Assembly (NCBI RefSeq): GCF_964204645.1
Contig: NC_134031.1
Location: 2,232,001-2,296,000, forward strand
DNA length: 64,000 bases
Source of the DNA: Tubulanus polymorphus
Lineage: Eukaryota; Animalia; Nemertea
Direction of reading: 5' to 3'
In this document: positions 38,701-49,392 of the stretch, in pieces
How the letters are laid out: the number at the start of each line of letters is the position of its first letter
Position numbering within the stretch: position 1 is the stretch's first letter
Position numbers and translations under genes: made by a program
The notes under the pieces: generated by a model
What the model was told of the DNA's origin: nothing
The model's database searches: none
Seen by the model: only the letters and a program-made list of their open reading frames with translations

Positions 38701-39638
38701 TCGGCGCGCACATAGAACACCGACCCGCCACCGGCGCACGACGGAACCGCATGTCGAAACAGACGTTTCTTAGCGACGAGCACGCCGGGGGTCGCGACGC
38801 CGCCGACGAATTTATGCGGCGATAGAAAGACTGCGTCTTTATAAACGTACGGCTGATCGTCGGTGGCGACCACCGGATTCATATCGATTGTTACGTACGG
38901 AGCCGCGGTCGCGTAATCCCAGAACGCGAGAGCTCGGCGACGGTGTAACAAGACGGTCACGCGATCCACGTCGACCAGCGTACCCGTTATATTCGACGCG
39001 GCGCTGAAACAACCGATCAACTCGCGACTGCAATCCGACCACTCATCCAGTCGCCGTTCTAAATCGTCGTAATCCACTGCGCCGTCGTCGGTCAAACCGA
39101 TCTCGACGACGGCGTACGCCACTTCGCGCCACGGTAGAAGATTCGAATGGTGCTCGTATGGTCCGACGAAAACGACCGGTCGCCGTTTGAAATCGAGCGC
39201 GTGGATTAATTTATGAACGGCCGCTGTCGAGCCGCTACCGACGAACAGAACGGCGTCGTGTTCGCCGGCGTTGGTCGCGTTACGGATTAAATCGCGCGCC
39301 TCGTGTCGATACAGCGTCGTTTGAAGCGCGGTGACCGTCGTCGTCGTGTGGGTATTCCCGTAATCGGGCAGGACCTCATCGCGGACGTAATCCTCGATGA
39401 AATTCAACGATTTTCCCGACGCAATGTAATCGCAGTAGACGGTCGAGCGTAGTCCGTACGGTCCGCTGAATACTTTCTCGCGACCGATCACGTTCCGGTT
39501 TATATACGACAATAATTCTTCGTTGGTGTTTTTATGGCGGTCTGGCTCGGCGTCGGCGGAAAACGCTTCTCGGTTCGGGTAGTCGTAGAATTTTCTGTTC
39601 GCTGCTTCAGGGATATTCGAGGCTTTAGATGATGACAT
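35799..39638 (-). CDS. Cysteine desulfurase (aminotransferase class V, SufS-like)-TtcA (tRNA 2-thiocytidine synthetase-like) fusion protein, single coding exon
   Basis: 1279-aa uninterrupted ORF. N-terminal PLP motifs: YGNTH, EHHSNLLPW, WDYATAAP, SPHKFVGG, EEGGTP and RGGCACAG. C-terminal motifs: PP-loop SGGKDS, CSFCSRMKRG, GQHLDDLAES and ENCPAC. Confidence 0.93.
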   Translation of the reverse strand: MSSSKASNIPEAANRKFYDYPNREAFSADAEPDRHKNTNEELLSYINRNVIGREKVFSGPYGLRSTVYCDYIASGKSLNFIEDYVRDEVLPDYGNTHTTTTVTALQTTLYRHEARDLIRNATNAGEHDAVLFVGSGSTAAVHKLIHALDFKRRPVVFVGPYEHHSNLLPWREVAYAVVEIGLTDDGAVDYDDLERRLDEWSDCSRELIGCFSAASNITGTLVDVDRVTVLLHRRRALAFWDYATAAPYVTIDMNPVVATDDQPYVYKDAVFLSPHKFVGGVATPGVLVAKKRLFRHAVPSCAGGGSVFYVRADAHRYLQEVEMREEGGTPAIVESIRAGLVFQLKDAVTVDLIASRDQKLCTKAFDYWKDVDNLVLLGSRTLRRLPIFSFVVRHPETGLFLHHNFVAAVLNDLFGIQSRGGCACAGPYAQYLLGIDEDLAERIEDLLVEDSRLDRTHLRRKREYNHREILRPGFTRLNLPYFANDDEVDFILEAVKLVAENAWRILPRYIFNPETGEWRHRDHQVFKDRKWLGYISYGAAEMRFRDPPTNEKGPLPESLGECLEFAHDVFRNAAKQRVKIADQKPFFDERGRCIRWFLLPSEAALWLYDRKTASQYPPVLTTFYPGKRIKMKRKHYPILETDKMAGDVEKASDRDQFVDKTDKMADDVEKASDRDQFVDKTDKMAGDVEKASDRDQFVDKTDKMAGDVEKASDRDQFVDKSNESANMISIQDNGKSFSEGMTEMLTSGFLPDSAVDHPDMMNEEARKDSSSIADPAQKIEVNTDLTSEKARKSDFETKSSSADLTNQKVNSKSNSSSTDSTVKVEATQNPRKNARKARKSESKTKSSSTDLTNQKVNSKSNSSSTDLTEKVEATQNPRKNARKARKGKSKTKSSSTDLTNQITQKVKSRSNSSSTDFTEKVEATPIPDSTVQKSREDGFKSTGKSSSADLTEKEAKTPDSVTVNGSESSQKSKLDHKTNSGFVCKDGDACFRPREENISDSAPAASTVSGIKWHPPPKKIFKPTLRALEEYKMIADGDRVLVCLSGGKDSLSLLHTIRQYQFYARSRGVRFEFGAVTVDPRTASYDPSPLKRYLSALGVPYFYEEQNILEQAANLAYECASICSFCSRMKRGRIYATARREGYNVLAMGQHLDDLAESFLMNAFHAGSLQTMKANYTVREGDLRVVRPFVYVRETELRDFAEGRKLPIIAENCPACFEAPKERHRTKQILASQEVLFPELFNSLMTALKPLIRLDRGMTVASAVADKFELNGSCEDDDV
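36870..37720 (-). repeat. In-frame coding repeats in the fusion linker: 4x60 nt (DKMAGDVEKASDRDQFVDKT) and ~3x141 nt (47-aa S/K-rich unit)
   Basis: Visible in both DNA (37479-37720; ~36870-37300) and translation. Confidence 0.9.
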
Positions 39639-40163
39639 TTTATTTCCTTATGTATAACCTTAAATAAATATTTTTAAATTAACATGAGATATTTGTCGAT
39701 AAAAGTTGAGAACTTCACCGTTTCAAAATTAAACGAAACCAGGCGGTGGTGACTTTTTGATTTTAGACAATGACATTTTGATCATTGGATTAATACGTAA
39801 AACCTGAAAAATTTTTTGAATAGATTAAGGGACAAATTGACACGATTTAAGATTAGGACCACACTATTTCATAATAAAAAGGAAAGCATGTGGGGGAAAA
39901 TGAATAAATATTAGTTGTTTTTGAATTGGTACGTTTTTTCGGAAATCTGTCCGTTTTTGGCTTAAATTTTAGTTCTGATCACTTTCAAAAAAGTTCCCTC
40001 TAATCAGTGGGTAATCAATACAATCATTTTGGAAAGTTAAATACCTGAATTTGTGCGTAATTTAGTCGTCAACCGAAGCTTTATGACGAAATGAAACCGA
40101 AAGGATGCCAAGTACGGGTGCGAAAATAGCGGGATTCGAACCTAAACTAGTATAACACATGTT

Positions 40164-40223
40164 TGCGTCATCAACTGCAATGACGTCACCATCAAGAGGT
40201 TTTCCGAGGATTTCTTGACGTCA
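40164..40223. promoter_or_regulatory. Candidate bidirectional promoter with two CRE palindromes (TGACGTCA)
   Basis: TGACGTCA at 40181-40188 and 40216-40223 plus TGCGTCA at 40164-40170, between the divergent ATGs at 39638 and 40289. Confidence 0.55.
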
Positions 40224-40288
40224 CGAACACCGGCTATTTCCGTGTTTCCTCCTCCGCTGCCGCAGCTGTCATTGCCAGTAGTTCAAAC

Positions 40289-43200
40289 ATGGCGGCTGAG
40301 TCCACGTACTCGAGGAATTTACACGATAAAATGGGCGCGGCCGAGCAAACTAATCAAATACAATGGGCAGCAATATCATTAACACACGTAGAATATCCTA
40401 AAGGTATTTTCTGAACAGTTTTAATTCATATTCGTATATTAAAAAGCTTTTATTTCGTAATTAAATCGAGGTTTTCCACTTCTATGCCAGAAGAGGGCAA
40501 CACCGTACGGCCATCATGTTTTGATTGAAATATTAATCTGTTTTCCGAAAGCCAAAGTTTTTGGTTTCCGAAACTCCTTCCTCCCAAGAACAGTTGAGGA
40601 CTGGAACAACAGCAGTCAGGAGAAGGATATGTTCTGCTGTTTCAGTACGCACCACCTAATCGCACCATCGCGGTTCAGATGCAGTATCCCATATAGATGA
40701 TGTAGATGTTTTGATTAATTTTTTTATTTCAGGAGATTTTATCGGTTTCGTGTTGGCAATTATCAGTCTGACGCCAATCTGTATTCTAGTCGGTTTTGGA
40801 ACGTTGATTCTATTCAGGAGGGACTTACACACAGTATGTACTACTTATCATCCCTGACCCAATCTTTTTCTGACAGAAACAGTTCTTTAGGTTCGATTGA
40901 ACATTTAGTTTTGACAGTGGCCGAACTTGTACCACTTTTCAGTTTAATGTATTTTCCTCTTCACCCTTATAATAACCTAGGCCCAGATTCACGGAAAATG
41001 GTTTAATAATTGGACACTTAATCTAATGTTTTCAAAACAATTATAATTCAAACTTAACAGTAAGCATAAACTTTTTCATGGAACATCATCCTCAGCTTTT
41101 GTTATGAACAATTTTCACAGTGTATTGTAGAACACGTTGTGTATTAATCATAATTTCTACTGATGAATTTTTTCATTTTTTTTTCGGTAGATCTCGTATT
41201 TAATTGGTTTACTGCTGAATGAAGTCGTCAATTGGATCCTGAAACATCTAATTCAAGAATATCGTCCACTTAGACGTAAGTTGAAAAAACCACTGAATTA
41301 ACCCTTTCAGTGCTGACTAATTGATACCGTGTAGTGCTGGAGATAATTTGAAAATTTTCAAAAATTCCACCCTAGTATGTTGAATAACGGGAATACCACT
41401 ATAGTGCGTCTGCACCGCGGTGCGATGTATCGTTAGTGATTAGTATTTCACTATGTTTGACAGGTGATGCACTTATTCAAGAGAGATAATTACCAATTAC
41501 ATCTGTACACCACATTGCAGTGTACTAGCAAAATCTATAACTGATTTATACACCGCGCTGCGGTGTAGATGCACTGAAAGGGTTCATGGTTTACTGAGAT
41601 ACACAGTACTGATTTAGGTGTCTACAGTAATTGGGTTATGAAAGCGATGCAGGCGCTTCCTTGAACTGTGAAATGTTCTCCTTTAAAAACTCTTTATACG
41701 TGTATCCTGTTCAAGTGATTTATCCAGTTTACCAAGTTTGACTGTACAGTTATTATTATTAAACTGGAAATTCAGTTTGAAAATGATTCACAATATCTGT
41801 ATCCGCAAGAACTGATTTGTTTATGTGTGTTTTGAATAAATATCGAACGAAAATTGAATACTTCGACAAATGAAAGACCCTTTATTCCCTTCCTTTCACG
41901 ACTGGATAAAAATCAATATCCATGAAGAGCTGTATGTCGTATGAATTTGAGACTATGTTTTGCTATTTGAGGATGATAAATATAGCTGTGTTTGCTTGAT
42001 GATATATTGATTATTATTTTCTATAGAACGTGAGACTGTATTTTCTGAATACGGTATGCCTTCGAGTCATGCACAGTTTATGTGGTTTTATGCAGTCTAC
42101 TTGTCTTTCTTCCTTATCATTAGGTGAGTCCTGGCATATTGCCCTTTTGAATATCCGAAACTTGATGCTGAAATTGCCTCTTTGAATTTTGAAATTGAAT
42201 TTTTTTCTGATGAAGCGTGCCCCCCTTTTTGACGAAAAGGCTCCTTATAATAAATGGGCACTCGGAATTTGTGGGGGTCTTGTAAAACCCCTGGACTCAT
42301 CTTCTCTTGGGTTTACTGTGAAAGTCTAATCGATGCAGATCTGTGGGTTCTATAACTATATTCCAACACAATTATGGGTTGGGTTGGATTTAGATAAACT
42401 TTATTTGGACTGGAGGCTGTTTTTTCAGAATGCATAGAAATTATCATTTTGTTGATGAATTATGGAAGTATGCCATCGGATTAGTAGTCTATGGTTTAGC
42501 TTGTACTGTAGGATATAGCAGGTATGTGAAAAACCAAATATTCGGGCTTTTTTCAAGTTTGAAATTTATATAAATCCCACACCTACAAAGATGCTCTTGC
42601 ATATTAAGACAGTTGAAAATAGCTCAAAGAATTGAGTCATAGTTTTTCTTTTAAATTGTGCATTTTCATCACTTTAAAATGTGGATGGACAGTCTCTTGT
42701 ATATGGAAGCCAATTTCTTCATGTTTTTCTATGTCGGTGAATAACTGGAATTTAATGTGAGATAATTTATTTTTCAGAATATACCTCGGTTATCATTCGT
42801 TCAGCCAGGTGGCGGTTGGAGCTCTTATCGGACTCACATTAGGAACTATATGGTTTTCGACTGTACATTTAGTTTTAACGCCGTTTTTCCCTGTTTTAGC
42901 ATCTTGGTAAGTGTCGGACTGATAGTGATGCTAATAAATTTTTAAATTGTGTGCTCAACAATTTCAGTAATACAGCTCTTGACTACGCTCATATCATCTT
43001 TGCATATATCATAGAAACATATTGTATATTTCAATTGGTCTTGAATGTAATGAAATAAAAACTGTACTATCCTTTGATAAAAAAATGATGGTAGCCAAAT
43101 GTATGCTATTTTTTAAAGATGGCAATCTCCAAAAGTCAATCTGCATCATTGATCATTGAGGCCAGGTCGAGGAGATTTTTTTAAAGGAAAAGCCTCATGC

Positions 43201-43475
43201 AATTTTGTTGTTTAAGCTGAAAAGATACAACACGTTTTGATTTTATTTTTATCCGCAGTTCGTTAGGTGAATTTTTAATGTTACGCGATTCGACGTTGAT
43301 CCCGAATGTGATGTGGTTCGAATACACGTGTTCACGCTCGGAATCCAGGTAAAATAATCACTACATGCAGTTTAAGATTACACCAACCGAAACTCGTAAA
43401 TTTATCATCTTTTTGAGTTTTCATATTATTTTCAGGAGTCGACAACGCAAGATAACGTCTCGCAAGTCGCAATGA
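40289..43475 (+). CDS. DOLPP1: Dolichyldiphosphatase 1 (PAP2 family)
   Basis: Exons 40289-40403, 40733-40833, 41191-41275, 42027-42123, 42429-42521, 42778-42906, 43259-43348, 43436-43475. Motifs SLTHVEYP, KHLIQEYRP, YGMPSSHAQFMWF, SRIYLGYH and RDSTLIPNVMWFEY. Confidence 0.96.
41302..41582. mobile_element. piggyBac-like MITE family A, copy 2 (inverted), in a DOLPP1 intron
   Basis: TTAA|CCCTTTCAGTGC...GCACTGAAAGGG|TTCA. Confidence 0.88.
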
Positions 43476-44248
43476 CTATATATGTCGGCGGGGAAGAACC
43501 ATCGCCAACGAAATCATCGCGGCCAGTAACTGCCTCTCAACAGCTGCAGCTGCGTTACTCTTCTCCATAATCAAACTAATATTCAGCAGGGTAATTCATT
43601 ACGCGGACAAACTTCTTTCTTCGGTGGAGGCGCTGCTGGCAAAGACGCGGCGCTGTTAAGGATACTTTACGGAAGAACATTTCAGCAGATTTGTGCGCTG
43701 GAACTCACTAGTATTTATGTAAATTGTTAAAGGATTTTAATTTATATGCAAATGAAATGTCAAACACGGCGAATGAATGTCTCGTTGTGTTATTATGAAA
43801 TTAGCCAAAAAAAATGTTAATATGCAATGTTGAAATATTTGATATCGATAGCCTCGATTCGAAGAGGATTTGGGTTTGTCTGTGACTATGTACATTGTCT
43901 CCACGTTTGGACTTATTAGCTCTATGTATATCGGTTTTTAATTGGCTATCATAGGGAACCTCCAGCGCTACTGTGGCAATCTAGGATTCGCCAGGTGTCG
44001 CTAGTAGTTACTCGGTCTTCGGCTTTCGAATTCTTTTAAATTTCAGTTAAAATTGAATGAACTTTTTGCTTGAACAAACTAACTATTGATGAAAACTATA
44101 TCAATCATGAATTTGATGTATATTCCTGTGATTATATACGGATACGAGTGCATTACCAACTTCAAAATTGATCGATAACGAACGAATTTTGAAAACGTAA
44201 GACTGAGGCTCGTCGCGCCATCTGGTGTGGTGGTTCTCCATTGTTTAA

Positions 44249-44521
44249 CCCTTTCAGTGCATCTACACCGCAGTGCGATGTATGAATCGGTGATGGATTT
44301 TGCAAGTACACTGGTGTGATTAGTTATTAGTATTTATCTATATTGAAAGATGGCAGCACCTGTCAGACATAGTGAAATATTAGTTACAAACGATACACCG
44401 CACCGCGGTGCAGATGCACTATAGTGGTATTCCCGTTATTCAACATACTAGGGCGGAATTTTTGAAAATTTTCAAATTATCTCCAGCACTATCGGGTATT
44501 GATTAGTCAGCACTGAAAGGG
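44249..44521. mobile_element. piggyBac-like MITE family A, copy 3
   Basis: TTAA|CCCTTTCAGTGC...GCACTGAAAGGG|TTAA. Confidence 0.88.
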
Positions 44522-45276
44522 TTAAAGCGATGCACTAGTGAAATGTAAAGAAATGCATGACAAACATTGTTTGATATATGATAACTAACCCATCTCTAGA
44601 AGTAGTGTAGTGTATCACGCGTTTTAAGAGTATTGTTTTAGTTTCTTGATCGTTTTTAGTTTCTTGAACTGTTTTCTAAACTATCGAAATGAGAGTGAAC
44701 GCAGAGCATTTTATCTGCCATTGCACAAATAATCAATTTTTTATATGAAGGTGAATGATTCTGTGGTAGAAGCAGTTGATCATGTGTTGATTTCGATGAT
44801 AGGTGTTTGATGTACCCTGTAGATGACCGATATATTTAACTGATATAAAAGCAGGTACCAATTTGTAGCCTATACCCTCCATGACCTCGGATGTTCAAGT
44901 CCTACACGTTTCTCCCAATTTTGGTCGCCCACACTAACTAACTTCACTTGTATTTAGAACTTCCAACTAAGTTATCTTTATTCGGTAATGAATGTACCAG
45001 ACATCAGACATTTTATCAACACTCTTTTAATACGTGATGATTGAAAGATTTTTGAGCAGCCATTGTTGAATATCTAAGTTGTCCCATACTTTCAAAGAGT
45101 GATCGTCCACACTTTACGTGTTCGGGAATTCCTCACAGAAATCTTTTATTCGGGAATGGACTAAACGCCGGGGGCCAGTAGTTCGAAAGCTGGTTAAAGA
45201 TAACAGGCGTATCAAGAGAAATCCCGCAATAAATTCAGCCAGATTGAGAAACTCGAATAGAAGAGTAAATATATTT

Positions 45277-45319
45277 GCGCAACGTTTCGGCTAAAGACTA
45301 TAAGCCATCATCAGGCGTG
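45277..45319 (-). ncRNA. Minimal type I hammerhead-ribozyme-like motif (Penelope-type)
   Basis: Minus strand cgc-CTGATGA-T-GGCT-tatagtcttt-AGCC-GAAACGTT-gcg: intact core, stem II, palindromic ACGT stem III and a short stem I. Confidence 0.6.
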
Positions 45320-45827
45320 AATTTATCAGGCTGAATTTATCGTCGGATTTCTCTCGTTATCATCATACACGGATATTGTGTATCGGTATCTTCTCGTCTC
45401 ATAACAGGCGATCCCAGACGCAGATTGATACCTGCATTTATGTACATACAATACGTGCAAGCACTGTGTTGCGAAATTCCAAATGCCCGTAGTTGTTTTG
45501 CCTGTACCCAGGGGTAGATCAATGGTACAAATAAATCATACTCTCAACCATGTCAAAGTAGGGTACTTCTGCGCTTTACTCAACCACGGAATAAAAGGCT
45601 AAAAAAAACGATTAGGCTGTATATATATGGGAATGGGGTTCTCGGGACATATAGTTTTTGCATCATGTCTAGATTCACCTTTGGTTTTGCGTTTACTGTA
45701 GTTGACTTATTTATGATTGTTTTTGACTGCGGTCTATTCTGGTCTCTTCTTGTCGTATTTGACACGAATATTTTACGATTTTATATCGAAAAAACGAAAC
45801 TTTTCTACTATTTTTATCTCATTGTCA

Positions 45828-45828
<1 letters not shown>

Positions 45829-45871
<43 letters not shown>

Positions 45872-45882
45872 ACTGATGATGA
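45829..45882. repeat. (GAT)n microsatellite
   Basis: Read directly. Confidence 0.95.
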
Positions 45883-46989
45883 TTTGCCGTCCGTTTTTTA
45901 TCCTCTCCGCTTCACCTGTAATTATCGTTCATTTTACGAATAATCATACGCGTTCAATATTCAACCTGAGAACTGTTCTCAACTTTTAGTGTCTAGTTTT
46001 AACGAATGTTTACCCTTTATTCTTAGATAAAAGGTTGAACATCGTGGATACGTGTTCGATGATAAGGCTACAGTAGACATTGGATAATCACACGTCGCGT
46101 GGTCTGCGATGGCATGAGCTTTGTCACAAATGTTCATTGCCCATCAGAGTCCGATCTAAGGAATAAAAGCCACTTGCCCGGGGGCAAGTATATCTAAAAT
46201 TCTATTTGCCCCTTCAAATATCTGCTTGCCCTACCTACACAAGCAGTCCAACTGTTGTATCGATTGGGAAATGGCTTTGAGCTATAAAATTGCTCTAGCC
46301 CGGTGGACAAGTGATAATGATAACCTACTTGCACTTATGATAATATACTCGTCCCGGGAAATCGGACAAGTGCTTAGATCGGACCCTGCCCATGGTCGCC
46401 TCAACTGCCCTGTTATCGACTTTTGCCGCCTCCAATCATTGGTCGTATTGGTCGTGAGATCCGATGAGGCGAAGGCAGTCTGCTGAATCGTGTTTTGTAT
46501 CATACACGCTCCGCTCGAGTCCGATCTTTTTGAACCTTGAATAGATTTGTCGAATTTGAGAGCTATGTCCGTGATGCACGCTATATATTGAATTCATACG
46601 TAGAGGCAGAAAGCTATTTGAATATTTAAACGGCTTTCTGGGAGTTGATCGCATCAGGCTGGAGCATCCTCCCTAGGCAGGGATTCGAACCTGATGGCAT
46701 CGCTGCTCTCAGCCACAGCATAAACCGTGGCAATCGATGCCATCAGGGATGATGGGCTGGCGCCGACTTGATTATGAAAGAAAATGTCAAAATTCGTTTC
46801 TCCATCTAAAATTTACGCAGTTAGTGTGCTGTCATTTTGTTCGAAAGATTAACAGAATTATACATGTAAGTTTTTTCCTCAATGTTATTCGCGAGAATTC
46901 TTTTTTCGTATCTTTAGATGTGTGTGGTTCAGCTGTGTTATGATTTTTTCGTTTAACACATTTTAATGTAAGAACAAAAAGCGGCACAA

Positions 46990-47293
46990 TACGCACACAT
47001 ACACATACATACACACACACATACATACACACATACATACACACACATACATACACACACATACACACACACACATACATACACACACATACACACACGC
47101 ATACATACACACATACATACACACACATACACACACACATACATACACACACATACACACACGCATACATACACACACACACATACATACATACATACAC
47201 ACACATACACACACACACACATACACACATACATACGCACACATACATACATACATACATACGCACACATACATACACACACACACACACACA
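46990..47293. repeat. (CA)n/(CATA)n compound microsatellite
   Basis: Read directly; explains the CV/MY-repeat ORFs. Confidence 0.97.
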
Positions 47294-48714
47294 TATATCT
47301 ATTAATCATTGTTTAATAATAAACAATGTATGCATGGAAATAATGTTGGCAAAATGTTTTGTAATAAACTCATCTTTGATTATAAATAGTCGCAATTTTT
47401 TCTGTTTTTGTGAGCTCATTTTGTATGAAAATAGCTTGGGATTCCTTGATGACCTCTTCAGTGAAAACGGCTTTGATCCTCCATTACCAGTGCTCCCTCC
47501 TCTGATAGCAGTAAAGCTGACTGGATTGCCCACTCCCCTGACTATTGTACTGTAGTAGGTTTCAACCAATATAATAACAATCGGACGATTATTGTTTGTT
47601 AGATTGCAGCGAAAGTTATAGTTTATTTGGGAACAAAGACAACAATTTTCAGTGAGCAAAGAAACATCATAAAAGTCACTGAAATAACTGTTGAATTACG
47701 CGATATACTGTTTAATAATTGACTAATTCAGCGAAAATTTTCCACAGGGATTATCAGAATACTCATCTAAAAGCGCAGCCAACCATTTACAAGAAAACTG
47801 ATCAACGGTTTCAGACGCCTCGATTCCTATCACAGATAAAAGAGAAATGCAGAATATTTGCGAAAAAAACGATTACTTACAATGGCTCGGCCAAAAATGT
47901 CGTTTCAGTTGACAGGCTAAAAACTCTTGATATCTCTACTCTGATTTCCAATTTCAAAATCAAAACCCCCTGTCTCGCACCCGGCAGGGTGTGTTGGGTT
48001 AAGGGGAGACCAAATCAAATCTACCAATCAAATAAATAACAGGGTCAATCCCCATTTTAAGATCAAACAAGTATCACAGGTGTTATCACAGATGATATAA
48101 ATTCTACGAAATTGGTTTGGGTGGCTCAAAATAATGATAGGCATACTACTTAATACCCCCCCCCCCCCCCCCCCAGTTCAAAGTCACGAGCTTTATTACA
48201 TGTAATGATAACAACCGATTATTCCAATCACTCATTTTAGGAAATTGCATAGAACGAGGCAAATATCTCACTTTTTCTTTAAAAAAAATCAATTGTAGGT
48301 CGAAAACGAAGAACCAATTGTAAATTGTAATTACAGGTGGTGAAGTAGCCAGCAGACGTGATTGAAGCAGTAGTTGACGCTAGCTCGAATAGCTATAGTA
48401 TAGTTTCTCAGTGACATCAGCGACACCAGTGTAATAATCTGACACTACACAGTTTGCCTGAAGACTCGGTGGACGATGAGTCCGTATTGTGGCTGGATGG
48501 ACCCTCACGTTTCCCCTCTGGTGTTGACTTGCGATCCGTTTTTTTCCCTCCCACCCTCCCCATCTCTATCTTTCTTGCCTCCATGTACATTCGTCCGCGA
48601 AAAGTCATTCCCTCCCAATACTCTATAGTGGACGAGTATATATAGGGGGAGTTGATGTCACTGGGGAAACGGATAAATTGGGACCAACTTCACAGATAGT
48701 CCTGTTATGCTTAC

Positions 48715-49392
48715 CCAATTCGTTTGCGTATTTCATCATTTTACCGCGGTCGCATTCAGCCTGTTCACATCCAATTATGCCAGTACATTTTTCCAGTGTC
48801 TCGTCGATGTACTTGCCGGCTGCCTCTTTGCAGGTCTTCAATAACGCCTCGTCTGTCAATGGAGATTTTCGACCAGAAGAGCACATTAATGCCGCACCAG
48901 CGCAGCGACTACAATCGACGTCATCGGCACAGTCCGAATTTTGGCACGCTGCATATTCCTGGTTGAAGAGATCCTCAAACGCGGTTTCATTGCGGAATTT
49001 AAAATCCTCGCTCTTACAACTTTCTGAAACTACACGCAAAGATATATTCAGTCAACCATTTACAATGTAAACTCTGAGCCTGTGATGAGCAATTTAATTG
49101 AGGTTGTTAGATTTAGATGAGATCGTAGTCTACCGAGGTTTTAAATGGTTGACTTCTTTTTGTATCGGAGGCTCGAGATTAAAAAAGCAACGGTGAGAAT
49201 ATTGTTTGAATTTTCCCGAGCAAGATTTTCGGGAAATATGTATAACTCTTAAATGATCAAATCTCTATATGGCTCGTTGCATAGCCGCGATTTAAGTATT
49301 ATACAAAAGCGAATCTTTTTTTGTTACTAACCTCGCATTTCATACAGAAATACCAGAAACAGACAAACAACAACGGCGTACGATGTCTTCAT
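48715..49392 (-). CDS. Secreted Cys-rich protein, family member 3 (3' exon(s) unresolved)
   Basis: Signal exon 49392-49332 (MKTSYAVVVCLFLVFLYEMR) and exon 2 49029-48715, both phase 1. Exon 2 starts VSESC and shares C-x23-C, C-x6-C, C-x4-C and the 12-residue spacing to the intron with members 1 and 2. Confidence 0.8.

Noticed and set aside
46832-47309. Cys/Val/Met-rich ORFs
   Set aside because: Translations of a (TG)n/(TATG)n microsatellite.
47620-48460. Specific terminal exon(s) for family member 3
   Set aside because: Several in-phase candidates exist (e.g. ACQLKRHFWPSH + LTFMMFLC..., DYYTGVADV..., GKLCSVRLLHWCR), but none clearly matches exon 3 of members 1 and 2; RNA-seq is needed.
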